Below are positions 1 to 9,864 of a stretch of DNA of 64,000 nt, one piece after another; the stretch's first letter is position 1, and every line of letters begins with the position of its first letter. The DNA is taken from contig CAWJRJ010000014.1 in NCBI GenBank assembly GCA_963845245.1, forward strand, positions 64,001 through 128,000, written 5' to 3'. Under the pieces are notes generated by a model, which saw only the letters and a list, made by a program, of their open reading frames with translations, ran no database searches and was not told where the DNA came from. This DNA is from Nitrospirota bacterium. GTDB taxonomy: Bacteria; Nitrospirota; JACRHJ01. Made by a program: the position numbers and the translations under genes.

Positions 1-44
1 GGTGATATAATATGAATATAACCCTTGAAATACGGAGGGATATT

Positions 45-944
45 ATGACAGACATCGGAAACAAGAAGATACTCGTCACGGGCGCAACCGGCAACCAGGG
101 CGGCGCGGTGGCGCGCAAGTTGCTTGAAGACGGCTTCCAGGTCAGGGCTCTTACCCGCGACCCGTCCAAGTCGGCGGCGAAGGAGCTTGCCATGCTCGGC
201 GCCGAGGTGGTGCAGGGTAACCTGAACGACACCGCCTCGATTGCTAGTGCGCTTGAAGACATATACGGTGTGTTCGGGGTGCTCACGTTTTTTGAGGATG
301 GCGTCGAGGGCGAGGTGCGCCAGGGCAAGAACCTTGCGGACGCCTGCAAGGCCGCCGGAATAAAGCATTTCGTATACAGCTCGGTCGCTGGAGCGAACCT
401 CAAGACCGGCATACCGCACTTCGAGAGCAAGAACGAGATAGAAAGGTACATCAAGACAATCGGGCTTCCAGCCACGGTGCTAAGGCCGGTCTTCTTCATG
501 TACAACTTCAACTCGGACTTAATGAAGATGAAACAGTCCATCCTGGCAGGCAGGCTGATGATGCCCATCAGCGGCGACAAGCAGCTCCAGATGGTGGCTG
601 TCGAGGACTTCGCGGACTGCGTAGCACACGCCTTCAAGAACCCGTTCGAGTATATAGGCAAGTCGATGGACATAGCGGGAGACGAGCTTGACATGAACGA
701 GGCTGCAAGCATTTTCAGCCGAGTGATAGGCAGGCCGGTGCGGTTCTCCCAGGTCCCCATCGAGAGGGTACGCGAGTGGAGCCCCGATATGGCGAAAATG
801 TTCGAGTGGCTTGACAATTTTGGCTACGACGTGGACATCCCGTCGCTTCGCGCGATACACCCGGTCATGATGACGCTTGAGACCTGGCTCCACGTGAACG
901 GCTGGACGGATGCAGATGTGCAGTACGACCGTGCGGCCGCGTAA
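45..944 (+). CDS. NmrA/HSCARG-family NAD(P)-binding protein (paralog 1)
   Basis: GATGNQG Rossmann motif, VYSS and PHFESK motifs; ATG at 45 follows GGAGG. Confidence 0.9.
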   Translation: MTDIGNKKILVTGATGNQGGAVARKLLEDGFQVRALTRDPSKSAAKELAMLGAEVVQGNLNDTASIASALEDIYGVFGVLTFFEDGVEGEVRQGKNLADACKAAGIKHFVYSSVAGANLKTGIPHFESKNEIERYIKTIGLPATVLRPVFFMYNFNSDLMKMKQSILAGRLMMPISGDKQLQMVAVEDFADCVAHAFKNPFEYIGKSMDIAGDELDMNEAASIFSRVIGRPVRFSQVPIERVREWSPDMAKMFEWLDNFGYDVDIPSLRAIHPVMMTLETWLHVNGWTDADVQYDRAAA

Positions 945-1042
945 AACCACCCTTGCGCAGGAGGCGGGCATTGCCCGCTTTCTTTGTTTTTAATCTCCGG
1001 GTGGTATACTTTAGGTGAGCCCTTTAATTAAAGGAGGGACTT

Positions 1043-1945
1043 ATGTTTGACTTGGGGAACAAGAGGATACTGGTAGCAGGCGCGACAGGCAACCAGGGAG
1101 GCGCAGTCGCGCGAAAACTGCTTGAGGACGGCTTCCAGGTCAGGGCGCTCACCCGCAACACGCTCGAAGATCCCGCAAGAAAACTTGCCGTGCTCGGCGC
1201 CGAGGTGGTATACGGAAACCTCGAAGACAGAAGCTCGCTCAACCTGGCACTTGAAGACGTTTATGGAGTCTTTGCCGTATTGACCCCGTTCGAGGAAGGC
1301 GTGGTAGGCGAGGTTCGCGAGGGCAAATACCTCGTGGACGCCTGCAAGGCAGCCGGTATCAAACACCTGGTATACAGCTCGGCCGCAGGCGCAAACCAGC
1401 ACACCGGCATCCCGCATTTCGAAAGCAAGAACGAGATCGAGGAATACATCAAGATGGCAGGGGTCCCGGCAACGATACTCAGGCCGGTGTTCTTCATGTA
1501 CAACTTCAACCTGGACTTCATGGGCGTGAAGCGCAGGATTGCCGACGAAGGCATACTCTCCCTGCCGCTCGGGCCGGACACGTTGTTCCAGATGCTGGCA
1601 CCTGAAGACCTTGCCCATTTTGTGGCTGCCGCGTTCGAGTATCCGTCAGATTATATCGGCAAGGAACTTGACATCGCCGGAGAAGAGATGACCATGACTG
1701 CGGCTGCGGAGGTATTCTCCCGCGTGACCGGAGGTATGGTGCGGTATGTTGAACTGCCCGCCGAGGAGCTGTGGGGCGCAAACCCGGACATTGTGGCCAT
1801 GTACGACTGGCTTGATAAAACCGGCTACAAGGTGGACATTCAGGCCCTGAAGGCGATGCACCCAAAGATGATGACCTTGGAGAGATGGCTCCACTTCAAC
1901 GGCTGGACTGATGCGGCCATGAAGTACGAATGGGTCGCAGCGTAG
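1043..1945 (+). CDS. NmrA/HSCARG-family NAD(P)-binding protein (paralog 2)
   Basis: Same motifs, colinear with the upstream paralog; AAGGAGG RBS. Confidence 0.9.
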   Translation: MFDLGNKRILVAGATGNQGGAVARKLLEDGFQVRALTRNTLEDPARKLAVLGAEVVYGNLEDRSSLNLALEDVYGVFAVLTPFEEGVVGEVREGKYLVDACKAAGIKHLVYSSAAGANQHTGIPHFESKNEIEEYIKMAGVPATILRPVFFMYNFNLDFMGVKRRIADEGILSLPLGPDTLFQMLAPEDLAHFVAAAFEYPSDYIGKELDIAGEEMTMTAAAEVFSRVTGGMVRYVELPAEELWGANPDIVAMYDWLDKTGYKVDIQALKAMHPKMMTLERWLHFNGWTDAAMKYEWVAA

Positions 1946-1959
1946 CACAACCTTCCCCA

Positions 1960-1990
1960 AGGCGGGCATGAGCCCGCCTTTTTTTGTTTG
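1960..1990 (+). terminator. Rho-independent terminator (related hairpin at about 963-990 after paralog 1)
   Basis: AGGCGGGC-atga-GCCCGCCT followed by a T-run. Confidence 0.75.
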
Positions 1991-2045
1991 TAACCCCATT
2001 TGCTTATGCTATAATTCCGCAAAATCTATGGCATACCCTCTTATT

Positions 2046-2080
2046 CCTCCCCACCTGCGGGGGAGGTAAGGTGGGGGGGA
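2046..2080. repeat. REP-like palindrome, copy 1
   Basis: CCTCCCCACCTGCGGGGGAGG identical to 6977-6997, with a similar G-rich tail. Confidence 0.7.
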
Positions 2081-2103
2081 AGGGAAACCTTGGGGGGGTA
2101 GCA

Positions 2104-5100
2104 TTGGAGTCTTTCGAAGGGGCACTGCGGGTCGTAAACGAGCTTGTCGAGCGTTTCGAGCGCAACCTTGACGCTTACAAGAACGGCGCCTACAACGAGG
2201 CCCAGGCCCGGCAGGAGTTCATAAACCCCTTCTTCGAGGCCCTCGGCTGGGACATAAACAACAAGGGCGGGCTGGCCGAGCAGTACAAGGAAGTCATACA
2301 CGAAGACACCGTCAAGATCGGCATCTCCACAAAGGCCCCCGACTACAGCTTCCGCATAGGCCGCGAACGCAAGTTCTTCCTTGAGGCCAAGAAGCCCTCA
2401 GTAAACATAAAGGACGACAAAAACCCCGCATACCAGCTCCGGCGTTACGCCTGGAGCGCGAAGCTCCCGCTTTCCATCCTTACAGACTTCGAAGAGTTCG
2501 CGGTGTACGAGTGCCGCACCAAGCCTTCTCCCGCCGACAGCCCTAAAATCGGCAGGGTCGCATACTATACCTTCAGGGACTACCCCGCAAAGTTCAGGGA
2601 CATCTACGATATATTCTCGCATGATGCCGTGTGGAAGGGCTCGTTCGACAGATACGTCCAGAGCGTCAAGGGCAAGCGCGGCACGGGCGAGGTCGATGCC
2701 GAGTTCCTCAAAGAAATCGAGAAGTGGCGCGAGGTCCTTGCGCGCGAGCTTGCCCGCCGCAACCCGGAACTCAGCATCTACGAGCTTAACTTCGCCATAC
2801 AGCAGACTATCGACCGTATAGTGTTCCTGCGCATCGCGGAGGACCGCGGCATCGAGCCGTACGCCAGCCTGCAAGGGCTTGCTGAACGGCGCAAACATCT
2901 ACCGCAGGCTGCTCGACACCTACAACCAGGCCGACAGGAAATACAACAGCGGCCTGTTCGACTTCAAGGCCGACACCTTCAGCCACCGTTTGCAGTTGGA
3001 CGACAAGGTATTAAAAGAGATAATCGGCGGGCTGTACTACCCCAAGTCCCCGTACGAGTTCTCGGTCATAGGCCCGGAGATCCTCGGCAACGTATACGAG
3101 CAGTTCCTCGGCAAGGTGATACGCCTTACGCCGACGCACCAGGCGAAGGTGGAGGAAAAGCCGGAGGTGAAGAAGGCGGGCGGCGTCTATTACACGCCCG
3201 GCTTCGTCGTCGGCTACATCGTAAAGAACACGGTCGGGCGCTGGCTTGAGGGCAAGAAGCCCAAACAGGTGGAAGCCCTCAAAGTTCTTGACCCGGCCTG
3301 CGGTTCCGGCACCTTCCTGCTCGGCGCGTATCAACTGCTTCTCGACTGGCACCTCGACTGGTATGTGAAGGACGGCCCGGAGAAATATGCAAAGGGCAAG
3401 ACCCCGGCGCTCATGCCCGCGCGCGGCGGCGGATGGCGGCTCACTACGTCCGAGCGCAAGAGGATACTGCTGAACAACATCTTCGGCGTGGATATTGACA
3501 GGCAGGCGGTCGAGGTGACGAAGCTCTCGCTGCTTCTCAAGGTCCTTGAGGGCGAGAACGAGGAGACGCTTCGCACGCTCAACCTCTTCGGCGAGCGCGC
3601 CCTGCCTTCGCTTGAGGGCAACGTCAAGTGCGGCAACTCGCTTATCGGCCCGGACTTCTACGCGGGGCATACCGGCGATATCTTCGGCGAAGAGGACATC
3701 AGAAGGGTAAACGCGTTCGACTGGAAGGCCGAGTTTTCGGATGTGATGAAGGCGGGCGGATTTGACTGCGTGGTAGGCAATCCGCCGTATATTCGTATTC
3801 AGACCATGCAGGAGTTCGCGCCTGAGACTATTCCATATTACGGAGAAAAGTTTGCCTCTGCTGAAATAGGCGGTTATGACATTTATATTCTTTTTGTTGA
3901 GAAAGGTTTGTCGTTTTTAAATAAAACTGGTCGTCTTGGTTTCATCCTGCCTCACAAGTTCTTTCAGGCGCAGTACGGAGAGCGCTTAAGAGGTCTCATC
4001 AGCAAAGGAAAGCATCTGGAGCATGTAGTCCACTTCGGAGACCAGCAAGTCTTTGCGGGTGCTACAACATACACAAACTTGATGTTCCTTGATAAAGATG
4101 GGGCCGAGTCATGCAGGTATGTTAAAGTAGACAATCTTGATGCCTGGAAGAACGAAGGAAAAGCAGAGGGAATAGAAGTGGTTTCGGATAAGATAACAAG
4201 CGCTGAATGGAATTTTGTCGTAGGTGCGAGTGCCGGGCTTTTTGAGCGTCTAAATGAAATGCCAATAAAATTGGGAGATGTAACTGAACGAATTTTCCAA
4301 GGCTTGGTTACAGGTGCTGACCCAGTTTACATTCTTAATAATTCTGACGATGGTAAATATTTTTCCGAAGCCGTACAAAAGGAATGTGTTTTAGAAACTG
4401 AATTAATGCATCCACTGTGCAAAGGGTCGGTAAATATTCGCCGATACCGAATTGAAAAACCTACCAAGTCTATTCTGTTCCCATACAAAATCATAGAAGG
4501 CAAAGCAGTTTTGTTATCAACTCAAGAATTGCAAAAAAACTTCCCACTCGCTTGGAAATATTTAGGGGAAAATAAGGTACGCCTTCAGTCAAGAGAGCAT
4601 GGAAAATGGAAGCATGATAAATGGTATGCCTTTGGTCGCTCACAGAATTTAAGTGAAATGGAACAAACGAAAATTTTAACACCTAGTATTGCAAATAAAT
4701 CTTCGTTTACATTAGACAATACGGACTTTTACTACTTTGTCGGTAGCGGAGGTGGGGGCGGAGGAGGGTATGGCATTACTCTTAAGCAAGGCGAGCAGAT
4801 GTCCTATGGCTATCTCCTTGGCTTACTCAACTCGAACCTCTTAGATATTTTTTTAAAATCATTTAGTAGCCGGTTTTCAGGAGGGTACTACGCTTACAAT
4901 CGTCAATATATAGAGCGACTTCCTATTCGCCAGATAGACTTCTCCAACAAGCAGGACGCCGCCCGCCACGACCGTATGGTCTCGCTCGTTACTCGTATGC
5001 TTGACCTCAACAAGAAGACGGCGGACGCATCGCTCCCGGCGGACAAGGAGATGTACAAGCGGCAGATAGACGCGACGGACAGGGAGATAGACAACCTCGT

Positions 5101-5155
5101 CTATGAGCTGTACGGGCTGACGGACGAAGAGATAGCGATTGTGGAAAATGGGTAA
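2104..5155 (+). CDS. Type IIG (Eco57I/TaqI-like) restriction-modification enzyme, +1 frameshift near 2875-2877
   Basis: N-terminal PD-(D/E)xK nuclease (PDY...EAKK), MTase motifs GVYYTP, DPACGSG and NPPY, C-terminal TRD; removing one G of GGG at 2875-2877 joins the two ORFs. Confidence 0.88.
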
Positions 5156-5167
5156 CACCTTCGCCGC

Positions 5168-5242
5168 CGTCATTCCCGCGCAGGCGGGAATCCAGGGACT
5201 TTAAAGCCGCTGGACCCCCGTTAAGAAGCGTCCGGGGGTGAC
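5168..5242. repeat. REP/dRS3-like palindromic element
   Basis: GTCATTCCCGCGCAGGCGGGAATCCAG ... CTGGACCCCCG...CGGGGGTGAC nested inverted repeats. Confidence 0.7.
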
Positions 5243-5310
5243 AATAATTTGAGGTGGGGCGGTGAATAAAAATGCTATACTATCAAACAAATGGAACGGA
5301 GGCGAATACG

Positions 5311-6093
5311 ATGAAAAAACTGATACTGATACTGGCGGCAATTACAATACTTCTGACATCCCTCTCTGCATACGCAACGACTGCAAAGAAACCCCAGAAG
5401 GGCAAGGAGATTTGCCCACCGGTGAAGACGGTGCAGGTCTCATTCATGACCCCTGACGGATTCACTCTTAAGGGCGATTTCTTCCCCGCAAACCCGGCCG
5501 CCCCTGTGGTGCTGTGCCTGCACCAGTTCGGCACGAACCGCTCAGAGTTCATCGGACTTGCGAAGGCCCTCCAATGCTCCGGTATAAACGCCATCGCATA
5601 CGACGCGCGCGGACACGGCGAGAGCGTGCTCAAGGACGGGAAGAAGGTTACGTACGAAACCTTTACCGACAAGGATTTCGCGAACATGACCGTGGACATG
5701 GACTCCGCGATAAAGTTCCTGCGCGAAACGAAGAAGATAACCGCCAAATCGCCCATCGGGATCGTGGGCGCGTCCATACAGTCGAGTACCGGCCTTGTTT
5801 ACGCCTCGGAACACCCGGCAGTGAAGGCGGTGGTGCTGCTCTCGCCCGGGCTTGACTACCACGGTATTGACACCAAAGGCCCGATGTCGGTCTATGGCAA
5901 CCGCCCGGTGTTCATGGCGGCGAGCATAAACGACTCCGGCTCATACAAGGCCGTAAAGGAACTTGAGTCGCTTGCCAGGGGGCCTTTGAAGAAGGAGATA
6001 TTCTCGGACGCCGGACACGGCGCGGCAATGTTTCGGAAAGACCCCAGTTTTCAGGACAGGGTTGCCGAATGGCTGAAGGGCAACCTTAAATAG
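5311..6093 (+). CDS. Secreted alpha/beta hydrolase
   Basis: Signal peptide, CLHQ, YDARGHG, GASIQ elbow, AGHG. Confidence 0.8.
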   Translation: MKKLILILAAITILLTSLSAYATTAKKPQKGKEICPPVKTVQVSFMTPDGFTLKGDFFPANPAAPVVLCLHQFGTNRSEFIGLAKALQCSGINAIAYDARGHGESVLKDGKKVTYETFTDKDFANMTVDMDSAIKFLRETKKITAKSPIGIVGASIQSSTGLVYASEHPAVKAVVLLSPGLDYHGIDTKGPMSVYGNRPVFMAASINDSGSYKAVKELESLARGPLKKEIFSDAGHGAAMFRKDPSFQDRVAEWLKGNLK

Positions 6094-6240
6094 TCTCTGC
6101 TACGGGCTGCCGGTGATGTTTGAGAAGTTGAGAAGTTCGAGGCCAACGAAGAGCGACAGCAGTATTATAAACAGGATGATTTTTTTTATCATTGCGGTCC
6201 CCTATATGATTAAATGAGAAGCCAAATTATCACAACGGGA

Positions 6241-6278
6241 TTAAACGTACGTTAAACGGAAGTTAAAACACCTTAACC
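6241..6278 (+). promoter_or_regulatory. Tandem TTAAAC-like repeats at about 11-bp period (OmpR/PhoB-type operator candidate)
   Basis: TTAAAC 6241, TTAAAC 6252, TTAAAA 6263, TTAACC 6273. Confidence 0.45.
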
Positions 6279-6302
6279 CGCACGAAAAAAGGAGGCTTAA
6301 GC

Positions 6303-6797
6303 ATGAAAGTGATTTTGATAACGCACGCGAAGACCTCGAACAAGCCGCCCAAGAGGCTGAGCCTGGTCGGAGGCTTCGAGGTGGAGCAGGTCGTGGACAT
6401 GATCAAGGGCAAGCTTGGCGAGCGCTACAGGATACAGAAGGCCGTGTCCTCGCCCGCGGCAAGGTGCCTCGATACGGCCCTTTTGTGCCTGGAAGAGATC
6501 GGCTCGGAAGATATCAGCAAGATCGACACCGACCACCGTCTGGCAAGGCTGGACAAGGCCGATAAGCTCGAAGGCGTCATAATGGACAACGCGCAGGACG
6601 GCCTGGCCATATTCTGCCATGCTGACGTCGGCGGCATACTGCCCGGCAAGGAGAACATCCAAAAGATCAAGGAAGGCTGGTTCCAGGCGAAACCGGTGCT
6701 GGTGATAATGGACTGGGGTCCGGGCCGCGCGTGGGCCGAGAACACCGTCGAGGCCGTACTTACCGTGCCCGAGGAAACTTCGCTGATGAAAGAATAG
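6303..6797 (+). CDS. SixA-like histidine phosphatase-fold protein (divergent)
   Basis: LITHAKT in place of RHA, SSPAARC.DT, second His in FCH. Confidence 0.6.
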   Translation: MKVILITHAKTSNKPPKRLSLVGGFEVEQVVDMIKGKLGERYRIQKAVSSPAARCLDTALLCLEEIGSEDISKIDTDHRLARLDKADKLEGVIMDNAQDGLAIFCHADVGGILPGKENIQKIKEGWFQAKPVLVIMDWGPGRAWAENTVEAVLTVPEETSLMKE

Positions 6798-6809
6798 AGA
6801 GCCGTCTTC

Positions 6810-6960
6810 TGGCTCGCTTCCGGCGACTCCCTCCGGTAAATCCAGGGCTCACTTTGCTATACCGGAAAAACTCGCTTCGCTCAGACAGTTTCCGGCATGG
6901 GCGCTTCGTTTCGCCGGGATTACCATGTCGGTCATCGCAAGTACGCTCGCTCTGAATACG
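6810..6960. repeat. Structured intergenic repeat-like element
   Basis: CCGGAAA..ACTCGCTTCGCTCAGACAG..TTTCCGG stem with flanking GCTCGCT motifs. Confidence 0.4.
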
Positions 6961-6975
6961 TCTCCCGCTTTATTT

Positions 6976-7013
6976 CCCTCCCCACCTGCGGGGGAGGGAC
7001 AAAGGGTGGGGGG
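6976..7013. repeat. REP-like palindrome, copy 2
   Basis: 21-bp identity to 2046-2066. Confidence 0.7.
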
Positions 7014-7018
7014 AATAG

Positions 7019-7045
7019 AAAAGGCCCCGAAAAACGGGGCCTTTT
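7019..7045. terminator. Bidirectional hairpin terminator, probably the original tRNA-Gln terminator displaced by integration
   Basis: AAAAGGCCCCG-aaaaa-CGGGGCCTTTT, 8 bp beyond the CCA end of the tRNA fragment on the minus strand. Confidence 0.75.
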
Positions 7046-7053
7046 GATTATTA

Positions 7054-7232
7054 TGGCTGGGGGACAGGGATTCGAAACCTAAAAAGCCAGTTTCACCAAA
7101 TACCCGATAATCAAGTAAATATCAACACTTACAAACAGTTAAGCCAGACTTCCATCTGGATTCAGTCCGTTAAAGTACGTCAAAGTACAGCTAAAATCGC
7201 CCTGTATTGCGAAAGTTTTGCGAAAGTCCGGG
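7054..7232. repeat. att-like end 1: 23-bp tRNA-Gln 3' core plus 156-bp left arm
   Basis: TGGCTGGGGGACAGGGATTCGAA (7054-7076) identical to 29999-30021; the 179 bp align ungapped to 17045-17223 with 7 mismatches by eye. Confidence 0.95.
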
Positions 7233-7497
7233 GGCTTGGTGAAACGGGGGTTGTACCCGCCGCCCTCTTTTTACCTCTTCCTACAGGACAACCGTATCAT
7301 TATAATGCTGCCACTGCACCATATTGGCATGAACTACCTTATCTGAAAGCAAACCAGCATTCAGCAGGCCTGCGAGAGCGTACCTGAGCATTATTAAGGG
7401 ATAAACCTTTGCCACAGTGTTTGCAGATAACCGCCTCCGTCTTTATTTTTTCGGCGGGGCACTACTCTGTACACATTCACGAACATATTGCCTGCAT

Positions 7498-8277
7498 TTA
7501 TTTTAGGTTGGATCCTTCTACGGTAGTCCCTGAGGTCTTTATATTTACAAATGAGCTTGACGTTGAATTGTTGCTATAGGACGCATTCCCGTTCACCAAG
7601 GATGGTGCGGTGGCGTCTATACCATCTCGCCCGTTAGCATAGGCTGTATTGTTGAGAATAACGCTATCATAACCGCCTACAATGCCGTCATATCCGTTAT
7701 TATGAGCCGTATCACCGTTTATGTTGCAGCCGCTGCCGGTCACAGATATGCCATTCCAAGTGTTTCCGCTGACCATATTGCCTATTACGATGCACCCTGT
7801 TCCAGACACATAAATCCCATCCCTGTCATTGTCCTCAACCACACAATCCTTTACCAAAACATTATCTCCAGCGGTGCGAACACCTTCTTCGCCGTTTAAA
7901 TATGACTTGACGTTTATTATTTTTTGAGTTTTGCCCTCGCTATTTATACCCAGACCAAAACCGGTAACATACCCGTTCCTGACCTCCACCCTGTTGGCGG
8001 TTATATTTATCCCAACATACGAGGCTGTCGCTTTGCCAGGGCCTGCGATACCGAAGCCATTCATTTCGAGCGTCACGTCGGGAGCAGATATCGTTATTGC
8101 GTTGGTAAGGTTGTCGGTGTATTTCAGTGATTTTGCCAGCGTATAATTGCCGGGCACAGAGATGGTTGCAGGCAGGGACTTGATAATAACAGGCCCACCT
8201 CCGGCGAAGGCCACGGCGGGGGCAAGCAGTGCGGTGAACATAAACGAAAACAGAATACCTTTCAGGGCGTTCTTCAT
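7498..8277 (-). CDS. Secreted right-handed parallel beta-helix protein
   Basis: Signal peptide, N..DGI repeats, AAGGAGG RBS. Confidence 0.8.
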   Translation of the reverse strand: MKNALKGILFSFMFTALLAPAVAFAGGGPVIIKSLPATISVPGNYTLAKSLKYTDNLTNAITISAPDVTLEMNGFGIAGPGKATASYVGINITANRVEVRNGYVTGFGLGINSEGKTQKIINVKSYLNGEEGVRTAGDNVLVKDCVVEDNDRDGIYVSGTGCIVIGNMVSGNTWNGISVTGSGCNINGDTAHNNGYDGIVGGYDSVILNNTAYANGRDGIDATAPSLVNGNASYSNNSTSSSFVNIKTSGTTVEGSNLK

Positions 8278-8402
8278 AACATCCTCCTTTGGCGGGCACA
8301 AAAAAACCCTGTTAAAGATTGTTGGGGCGTGATGGTTGCGCCCCTGCGAAATTTCCTGTGCTGAGTGGGCCAGGATATTAGGCCTGATACCACAAGTTTG
8401 TA

Positions 8403-9809
8403 TTAGGCAACGGCCATATTCTTTCGTACGCTGACCGGAATCATTATTTCAACTATAAGACCACCGTCGGGGGCATTGGAGACATCAATTGTACCTCCAT
8501 GCAGCCTGATAGCCCGATCTGTGATGGCCAGGCCAAGTCCAGTTCCACCGGTCTGCCGCTCTCTGGCATCTGATGCCCTATAGAAGGGCTTGAATATATT
8601 TTTTAACTCCTCTTCGGGTAACCCTGGCCCGTGGTCACGTACCCTCACAATGGCGGTTGCGGCACCGTCCGTCCCGCCGTATTTGAGAAAGACTTCAACC
8701 TTGGAACCATCGGATGTATATCTGACCGCGTTTCGTATAACGTTCTCGATAGCCCTGCTGAGCAGTTCCTCGGAGCCCTCAACAATAATACCTCTGCTCG
8801 CATTGCATACCACTGAGCGGTTCAGGCTATCAGCCTCAAAATCTGCGTCTTCAGCTATTTTGCAGACAAGTTCAGACATGTCAACCCGAGTTTTCTTTAG
8901 TTTTTCCGCCCCACTTTCCAAAAGAGTAAGCGTAAGTAGCTGGCCTATAAGTTCATTCATTCGCTCAGCTTCCTGTCCAATTCGCCCCAGGTGTTTCTCA
9001 GATGACGGACCAGAGTGCCTTCTGGCAAGCTCCAGCGCAACGTTGAGGCGAGCCAGTGGAGAACGAAGCTCATGGGATATATCCCTTAGCAGCCTCCGCT
9101 GTCCATCCATCAGCGACTCGATATGTTCTGCCATTACATCAAAATCTCCGGCCAGGTCGGCAAGCTCGTCTTTCCTTTTTGAAAAATCAGGCCCGACGCG
9201 GACTGATAGATCTCCGCTCCCAAATTTCTGCGCTGCCAACCTGAGTTTTCGGACTGGCGCAGTAAGATACCAGACAACCAGGAAACAGACTATTCCAGAA
9301 ACTATAAAGCTCTCCAAAAGTCGCATCATAGTCATGCGCGCATCGAAGAATATTATGCCGAACGGCCCGCTTGGAAGTGGCGGAAGCTCCCCTATGACAG
9401 CATACTTTGCACCGGACGTAGTGGTTATCGGCTCTGCAAACCACATTTTGCCTCCAGCCTGTAAAGACTCCGGTCTGTCGGTTTTCATGGTGAGCGCAGC
9501 CAGTTCCCTTGTCTCAGGCGCAGTGCGCCCGGCAGGTATGCTGTTAAGCCTGGCGTCATACATGGAAGCCTTTATTCCAGTCGTCTTTACAAGCTTATTG
9601 GCATAATCGAGAAACGCGGCGGACCCATTCTTCTCAATCATTTCAGCCGCAGTGTAGCCAAAAAATTCCAGAGTATCGCCGATCCTTTTTTGGTGCCACT
9701 CAGCCTCAGGCCCGGCGTGAGTGGCAAGGGCAAGGATGAATATGGCCGAGCCTACAAGCGTCATCGTTAGCCAGAACCAAAAGAACATTCTTATGAAAAG
9801 ACTTCGCAT
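8403..9809 (-). CDS. CpxA-like sensor histidine kinase
   Basis: Two TM segments, HAMP, SHELRSPL, ENVIRNA, DHGPG, GGTGLGLAI. Confidence 0.92.
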   Translation of the reverse strand: MRSLFIRMFFWFWLTMTLVGSAIFILALATHAGPEAEWHQKRIGDTLEFFGYTAAEMIEKNGSAAFLDYANKLVKTTGIKASMYDARLNSIPAGRTAPETRELAALTMKTDRPESLQAGGKMWFAEPITTTSGAKYAVIGELPPLPSGPFGIIFFDARMTMMRLLESFIVSGIVCFLVVWYLTAPVRKLRLAAQKFGSGDLSVRVGPDFSKRKDELADLAGDFDVMAEHIESLMDGQRRLLRDISHELRSPLARLNVALELARRHSGPSSEKHLGRIGQEAERMNELIGQLLTLTLLESGAEKLKKTRVDMSELVCKIAEDADFEADSLNRSVVCNASRGIIVEGSEELLSRAIENVIRNAVRYTSDGSKVEVFLKYGGTDGAATAIVRVRDHGPGLPEEELKNIFKPFYRASDARERQTGGTGLGLAITDRAIRLHGGTIDVSNAPDGGLIVEIMIPVSVRKNMAVA

Positions 9810-9864
9810 ACGCACCATGACATGAAAAAGGGCCAAAATGGGCCGGTTGAAATATGCGGGCCTG

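Noticed and set aside
4743..4773. Gly-run (GSGGGGGGGYG) in the RM TRD as a contingency repeat
   Set aside because: It is encoded by mixed codons, not a slippage-prone tract.
8290..8400. Hairpins upstream of the beta-helix gene as a riboswitch
   Set aside because: Stems are present (GGGGCG/CGCCCC), but I recognise no aptamer consensus; an Rfam scan is needed.
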